Made by a program: the position numbers and the translations under genes. Under the pieces are notes generated by a model. That model did no database searches. It was not told the origin of the DNA and saw only the letters and a list, made by a program, of their open reading frames with translations. 64,000 nucleotides of DNA. Source: Syntrophales bacterium (GTDB lineage Bacteria > Desulfobacterota > Syntrophia > Syntrophales > UBA2192). Location of the stretch: NCBI GenBank assembly GCA_036725345.1, contig DAIMEJ010000004.1, positions 63,735-127,734 of the forward strand. Reading direction: 5' to 3'. Shown here in pieces: positions 59,008 through 64,000 of this stretch; the stretch's first letter is position 1, and each line of letters opens with the position of its first letter.

Positions 59008-59928
59008 ATGACGGAACCCTGGAAAGACAGACTGAAGAGGATCCAGTGCATCAAGGTACTTTTCGATGAACCCATGGCGCACCACACCTCTATCGGCGTG
59101 GGCGGCAAGGCCGACGCCCTGATCTTCCCGGAACAGGCGGAGGCCCTCCGGAAGATCATCGCCTGCCTGAAGGAGTTCGGCATCCCCTTCCTGCCGGTGG
59201 GAAACGGCACCAACCTCATCGTGCGGGACGGAGGGTTCCGTGGCGCCATCATCGTGCTGAGGAACCTGAAGGCCCTGAAGGTTCTCTCCCGGCAGGGCAG
59301 GGAGGTGGACATCTGCGCGGAAGCGGGTGTGTCGCTCGCCGATGTCGTCTCGCTGACCCTCTCGGAGGGCCTGGAGGGGATGGAATTCTGCGCCGGCATC
59401 CCCGGCAGCGTCGGGGGAGCCGTCCGGATGAACGCCGGGGCCTATGGACGGGAGATGAAAGACATCCTCACATCGGTCTCGTTCATAAACGGCAGCGGAA
59501 CCGTCCGCTCGATCCCGAAAGAACAGCTTCGTTTCGAATACCGGAACCTCGAACTCCCCGGAGAAACGTTCATCGTCAGCGCCCTCTTCCGCCTGCACAG
59601 GGGAGACCGCAACCGGATCGAGGAAAAAGTCTCCGACATCCTGAAAACGCGCTGGTCAAAACACCCCCTGCAGTTCCGTAACGCCGGTTCCATCTTCAAA
59701 AATCCGGCAAGGATACCGGCGGGGAAGCTCATCGAGGAGGCGGGTCTCAAGGGTCTGCGGGTGGGAGACGCCGAGGTGTCTTCGATGCACGGCAACTTCA
59801 TCGTCAACCTGGGGCACGCGAAGGCCCGGGATATCCTGGCACTCATCGAAGAGGTGCAGAAGCGGGTCCTCGAAACAAAGGGGATTTCCCTCGAAACGGA
59901 AGTCAAAGTCATCGGGGAAGACGGATGA
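59008..59928 (+). CDS. murB: UDP-N-acetylenolpyruvoylglucosamine reductase
   Basis: 306 aa. FAD-binding domain (GVGGKA...GNGTNL), SIFKNP motif. Confidence 0.9.
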   Translation: MTEPWKDRLKRIQCIKVLFDEPMAHHTSIGVGGKADALIFPEQAEALRKIIACLKEFGIPFLPVGNGTNLIVRDGGFRGAIIVLRNLKALKVLSRQGREVDICAEAGVSLADVVSLTLSEGLEGMEFCAGIPGSVGGAVRMNAGAYGREMKDILTSVSFINGSGTVRSIPKEQLRFEYRNLELPGETFIVSALFRLHRGDRNRIEEKVSDILKTRWSKHPLQFRNAGSIFKNPARIPAGKLIEEAGLKGLRVGDAEVSSMHGNFIVNLGHAKARDILALIEEVQKRVLETKGISLETEVKVIGEDG

Positions 59929-60758
59929 GACGGTCCATCAAAGCCAGAATCGAAGTGCGCAAGAACCGGCTCAGACGGCGGTCACAGAAGATCCTCTACG
60001 AGATTTACAAGGTGACCCTGCTCATGGCGTGCGTGATCATCGTCAGCGCCCTGCTCATTTTCACGTACAACTTCATCGTCGTGTCCCCCTACTTCCAGCT
60101 GAGGGAAACGGTCGTGAAGGGGGCTGAGAGAATTCCCCGGGAAGAGATCCTCCATCTGGCCGAGATCAAACCCGACCAGAACATCCTGACGGTGAACCTG
60201 AAAGCCATGGCACGGAGGATTCAGGGCAATGTCTGGATCAAGGATGTGTCCATCAAGCGGGATCTGCCCAACAAGCTGATCGTCGAGGTGAGGGAGCGCA
60301 AACCCGTCGCCCTGCTCAAGAAGGACGATGCCTTCTACTACATCGAACGTGACGGCATCATCTTCACCCGGCTGGAAAAGGAACAGCGGACCGATCTACC
60401 CATCCTGACCGGGTTCTGCCGCAAAGGGGAAGACAACCGGGACCGGATCCGCAAATCCATTGACCTCCTGGAGTACCTCTCCGGCTATGAAGAGATCCCG
60501 GGGCTCAAGAATGTATCGGAGATCTACGACGACCGCGTCTTCGGCCTGTCCCTTTTCACCGAGAGCGGGTTGTGCCTGCTTCTGGGCTTCGACGATTTCG
60601 AAAGAAAGCTCCAGCGCCTGAAACCGATCCTGGCCGATCTGGGCAGGCGCGAGACCCGGGGGTTTTTGATCATCGATCTCAACAACCCCCACAAGGTCAC
60701 CGTACAGGGAAAGGAACTTCCGACGCCGGTGAAGAAGTCGAAAGGTCTGAGGGCTTAA
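59925..60758 (+). CDS. ftsQ: cell division protein FtsQ
   Basis: 277 aa. TM anchor plus POTRA-like domain. Canonical position before ftsA. Confidence 0.8.
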   Translation: MRRSIKARIEVRKNRLRRRSQKILYEIYKVTLLMACVIIVSALLIFTYNFIVVSPYFQLRETVVKGAERIPREEILHLAEIKPDQNILTVNLKAMARRIQGNVWIKDVSIKRDLPNKLIVEVRERKPVALLKKDDAFYYIERDGIIFTRLEKEQRTDLPILTGFCRKGEDNRDRIRKSIDLLEYLSGYEEIPGLKNVSEIYDDRVFGLSLFTESGLCLLLGFDDFERKLQRLKPILADLGRRETRGFLIIDLNNPHKVTVQGKELPTPVKKSKGLRA

Positions 60759-60816
60759 ACCGGAAACCACGGGGAACATGAGGGTTTCCCCGGAAACTAA
60801 AAGGCTGGAAAGACCC

Positions 60817-62043
60817 ATGGCAAAAAAAGGAAACATCATCGTCGGCCTCGACATCGGGACAAGCAAGATCTGCACGATTGTCGGTGAGATGGCCAACACG
60901 GGGATTCAGATCATCGGGATGGGCACGCACCCTTCCGAGGGACTGCGAAAAGGGGTCGTCGTCAACATCGAAAGCACCGTGGAATGCATCCGCAAATCCA
61001 TCGAAGAGGCGGAGTTCATGTCCGGATGCGAGATCAGTTCGGTCTTCACCGGGATCTCAGGCGGCCACATCAAGGGGTTCAACAGTCACGGGATCGTGGC
61101 GGTCCAGGGGCGCGAGGTGGATGCGTCGGACGTGAAGCGGGCCATCGAGGCCTCCAAGGCCGTGTCCATTCCCCTGGACCGGGAGATTCTGCACGTGCTC
61201 CCCCAGCATTACATCGTCGACGAGCAGGACGGCGTGAAGAACCCCGTGGGGATGTCGGGCGTGAGGCTCGAGGCAAAGGTGCACATCGTGACGACAGCCA
61301 TCGCGTCCATGCAGAACATCATCAAATCGGTGAACCGCGTCGGCCTCGACGTGAACGAAATTGTCCTGGTCCAGCTGGCCACCAGCGAATCGGTCCTCTC
61401 CCCCGACGAAAAGGAACTGGGGGTGGCCCTGGTGGACATCGGGGGGGGAACAACCGACATCGCCGTCTTCCACGAGGGGAGCATCAAGCACACGGCCATC
61501 CTCACCGTCGGCGGGAATTACCTGACCAACGACATCTCCATCGGGCTCCGCACCCCCGTCATCGAGGCGGAAAAAATGAAAATCAAATACGGGTGCGCCA
61601 ACACCTTCATGATTCCCCAGAATGAAACCATCGATGTTCCCAGCGTGGGCGGCCGGGAGGCGCGACGCGTTTCCCGCCAGATCCTGGGGGAGATCATCCA
61701 ACCCCGCATGGAGGAGATTCTCACCATGACCCAGAAGGAGATCGTCAAATCCGGCTATGAGGATCTCCTCGCGGCCGGCGTGGTTCTGACCGGTGGCGCG
61801 TCGATCATGGACGGCACCCTTGAGCTGGGAGAGCGCATCTTCAACATGCCCGTGCGACGGGGCTTTCCGCTGGGCATCGGCGGGCTCACCGATATCGTCA
61901 ACAGCCCCCTCTACGCCACGGGCGTGGGGCTCGTCAATTACGGCAGCAAATCGTTCGCCCACAAGGCGACGAGGAGGAAAGAAGGCGGTCCGGGAAATTA
62001 CATCTTAAAAAAAGCAAAAAAATGGTTTTCAGAATTTTTCTGA
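60817..62043 (+). CDS. ftsA: cell division protein FtsA
   Basis: Start at ATG 60817 (MAKKGNIIVGLDIGTSKI). Actin-like ATPase motifs (VDIGGGTTD). C-terminal amphipathic helix KKAKKWFSEFF. Confidence 0.9.
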   Translation: MAKKGNIIVGLDIGTSKICTIVGEMANTGIQIIGMGTHPSEGLRKGVVVNIESTVECIRKSIEEAEFMSGCEISSVFTGISGGHIKGFNSHGIVAVQGREVDASDVKRAIEASKAVSIPLDREILHVLPQHYIVDEQDGVKNPVGMSGVRLEAKVHIVTTAIASMQNIIKSVNRVGLDVNEIVLVQLATSESVLSPDEKELGVALVDIGGGTTDIAVFHEGSIKHTAILTVGGNYLTNDISIGLRTPVIEAEKMKIKYGCANTFMIPQNETIDVPSVGGREARRVSRQILGEIIQPRMEEILTMTQKEIVKSGYEDLLAAGVVLTGGASIMDGTLELGERIFNMPVRRGFPLGIGGLTDIVNSPLYATGVGLVNYGSKSFAHKATRRKEGGPGNYILKKAKKWFSEFF

Positions 62044-62057
62044 GGGAGGGATGACGA

Positions 62058-63224
62058 ATGTTTGAACTTTTAAACGGAGGAACCGATCACCCGCCGAACG
62101 GCGCAAAGATCAAGGTGGTCGGTGTCGGAGGCGGCGGGGGAAACGCCCTGAACACCATGATCCAGTTCAGTCTGCAGGGCGTCGAATTCATTTCGGCCAA
62201 CACGGACGCCCAGGCCCTGGGCGTGTCGCTGGCCCCCTTGAAGATCCAGCTCGGCGCAAACGTCACCAAGGGGCTGGGGGCGGGTTCCGATCCGGAAACC
62301 GGACGGAAGGCCGCCATGGAAACCAGGGATTTGCTGACGGCCTCCCTTGAAGGGGCGGACATGATCTTCATCACTGCGGGTCTCGGCGGGGGGACCGGGA
62401 CCGGCGGCGCGCCGATCATCGCGGAGATCGCCAAGGATATGGGTGCCCTGACCGTGGCGGTCGTCACGAAACCGTTCAACTTCGAGGGCAAAAAACGTGA
62501 GCGGCAGGCCGATGAGGGGCTTGCGGAATTGCGGAAGACCGTCGACACCCTCATCGTGATCCCCAACCAGAGGTTGCTCAGCATCGGCGGGAAAAACATG
62601 GTGCTCCTCGAGGCTTTCAAAAAGGCCGACGACATCCTCTACCAGGCCGTGAAGGGCATCTCGGATCTCATCATGGTCCCGGGGCTTATCAACCTGGATT
62701 TCGCCGACGTGAAGAGTATCATGTCGGAAATGGGACTCGCACTCATGGGCACGGGTATCGGCAGCGGTGAGAACCGGGCTGTTGAGGCCGCTCAACGGGC
62801 CATCTCCTCGCCCCTGCTCGAGGACAACTCCATCCAGGGCGCCCGGGGTGTCCTTCTCAACATCACGGCGGGGCCCGACATCACTCTGCACGAGATCAGC
62901 GAAGCCTCCACCCTCGTCCAGAACGAAGCCGACGAGGATGCCAATATCATCTTCGGGACGGTGATCGATGAAAATATGGCCAATGAAGTCCGCATCACCG
63001 TCATTGCCACCGGTTTCGATCACGGCGGCAAGAAGCGGCAGACGGCCCCCAACGTCTCTCACATGGGCAGCTTCAAGCAAAAGGAGGATTTCGCCACGCC
63101 GACCTTTATAAGAAAGGAAAAGACGCCGGCGACGGCCGGCCCCGTCATCAAGATGGGGTTAATCGAAGACGGAGTGGATCGCGACCTTGAGGTGCCGACC
63201 TTTTTGAGAAAACAGGCCGACTAG
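62058..63224 (+). CDS. ftsZ: cell division GTPase FtsZ
   Basis: 388 aa. [21 protein letters not shown] tubulin signature. C-terminal [13 protein letters not shown] peptide. Confidence 0.95.
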   Translation: MFELLNGGTDHPPNGAKIKVVGVGGGGGNALNTMIQFSLQGVEFISANTDAQALGVSLAPLKIQLGANVTKGLGAGSDPETGRKAAMETRDLLTASLEGADMIFITAGLGGGTGTGGAPIIAEIAKDMGALTVAVVTKPFNFEGKKRERQADEGLAELRKTVDTLIVIPNQRLLSIGGKNMVLLEAFKKADDILYQAVKGISDLIMVPGLINLDFADVKSIMSEMGLALMGTGIGSGENRAVEAAQRAISSPLLEDNSIQGARGVLLNITAGPDITLHEISEASTLVQNEADEDANIIFGTVIDENMANEVRITVIATGFDHGGKKRQTAPNVSHMGSFKQKEDFATPTFIRKEKTPATAGPVIKMGLIEDGVDRDLEVPTFLRKQAD

Positions 63225-63225
63225 G

Positions 63226-64000
63226 ATGTCCCGGAGGTTGAAAGAGAAATACCGTGAACGTCTATCCGTCGAAAAAGGATATCACAGAAAGCTCTGGGGA
63301 GACAGGATACCCGTCTGCCTCGCGTACCCCCACACGTACCGGACGGCCATGTCCAACCTGGGCTTTCAGACCGTCTATGAGCTTTTAAATCGTCACCCCT
63401 CTTTCCTCTGTGAAAGAGCCTTCCTCCCCGATCCCGGGGATGAAAGAGCATTCTCCCCGGGATCGACCCTCCTGTTCAGCCTGGAGTCGGGACGACCCCT
63501 CCCCGATTTCGACATCGTCGCTTTCTCCGTCTCCTTCGAGAACGACTACATCCACATCCTGCGCATGCTGGCCATGGGACGGATCACCCTGGAGAGTCAG
63601 GAGAGAAAAACAGGGGAGCCCCTGATCCTCGGCGGCGGTATTGCGCCGACTTTGAACCCCGAGCCGCTGGCGCCCTTTTTTGATCTCTTCCTGCTGGGCG
63701 AAGGGGAGGAGGTGATCGGGGAGTTCCTCGACCTGTACGCCGCGCTCATGGGGTCGGGCGCATCCCGCGAAGAGATCCTGTCCCGAATCCAGCGTCAGAT
63801 CGAGGGGGCCTACGTCCCGCGCTTCTATGCCGTCCGGTACGACCGTGAGAACCGGGTCGAATCCTTCAAGCCCGTGGACCCCGTCTTTCCTGAAAAGATC
63901 AGGTCACGTCACATCCGGGACATCAACGCCTTCGAGACCTGTGAGACGATCCTGACGCCGCAGACGGAATTTGCCGACATGTTTCTCACCGAGGTCAGCC
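63226..64000 (+). CDS. B12-binding-domain radical SAM protein, N-terminal part (runs off window end)
   Basis: Hand translation from ATG 63226 has no stop to 64000: MSRRLKEKYRERLSVEKGYHRKLWGDRIPVCLAYPHTYRTAMSNLGFQTVYELLN...ILGGGIAPTLNPEPLAPFFDLFLLGEGEE. This resembles the N-terminal B12-like domain of uncharacterised radical SAM proteins. The radical SAM core itself lies beyond the window. Confidence 0.6.
   Translation, partial: MSRRLKEKYRERLSVEKGYHRKLWGDRIPVCLAYPHTYRTAMSNLGFQTVYELLNRHPSFLCERAFLPDPGDERAFSPGSTLLFSLESGRPLPDFDIVAFSVSFENDYIHILRMLAMGRITLESQERKTGEPLILGGGIAPTLNPEPLAPFFDLFLLGEGEEVIGEFLDLYAALMGSGASREEILSRIQRQIEGAYVPRFYAVRYDRENRVESFKPVDPVFPEKIRSRHIRDINAFETCETILTPQTEFADMFLTEVS

Overview
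GC-rich (judged by eye, not computed) bacterial chromosomal segment with dense coding and no rRNA, tRNA, CRISPR array or transposase that I could recognise. Gene content suggests a syntrophic or sulfate-reducer-like deltaproteobacterium; this is inference only.

Layout, left to right:
- 1-13 kb: hybrid histidine kinase, B12-type radical SAM, a small IscA/HesB-like gene containing an in-frame TGA, ABC-F ATPase, a cNMP-binding protein, a ligase-associated exonuclease plus ATP-dependent DNA ligase pair, an SplB-like radical SAM, a phosphoribosyltransferase and an AmrS-type radical SAM.
- 13-18.5 kb: an OsmC-like gene split by an in-frame TGA, a PfkB kinase, a 96-bp direct repeat, a TPR lipoprotein and an Mla-like E/F/D set whose ATPase is degenerate.
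- 18.6-23.5 kb: a cimA-leuC-leuD-leuB operon on the minus strand, preceded by an Ile-rich leader peptide and terminator (a candidate attenuator).
- 23.6-39 kb: DUF2845 protein, secreted papain-like peptidase, lipoprotein, HlyD plus two ABC ATPases plus two ABC-2 permeases, then a co-directional signalling block (hybrid HK, Hpt, REC-GGDEF, REC-PAS-HK-REC, REC-PP2C, RsbW-like kinase, two STAS proteins).
- 39-46 kb: maf, yggS, a YhaM-like HD protein, fdhD, selB, ruvX and mltG.
- 46-64 kb: a complete dcw cluster (mraZ rsmH ftsL ftsI murE murF mraY murD ftsW murG murC murB ftsQ ftsA ftsZ), followed one base later by a partial B12-radical SAM gene.

Most noteworthy observations:
- Two UGA-recoded candidate selenoprotein genes that the ORF track splits or truncates, in the same window as selB.
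- An isoleucine-type leader-peptide attenuator upstream of cimA.
- A DNA ligase whose motif I lysine reads Gln.
- A fully degenerate ABC nucleotide-binding subunit in the Mla-like set.
- A near-perfect 96-bp duplication of a gene 3' end plus its terminator.

I did not find a clearly novel multi-gene system such as a defence island. The signalling block is the best candidate for an uncharacterised system.
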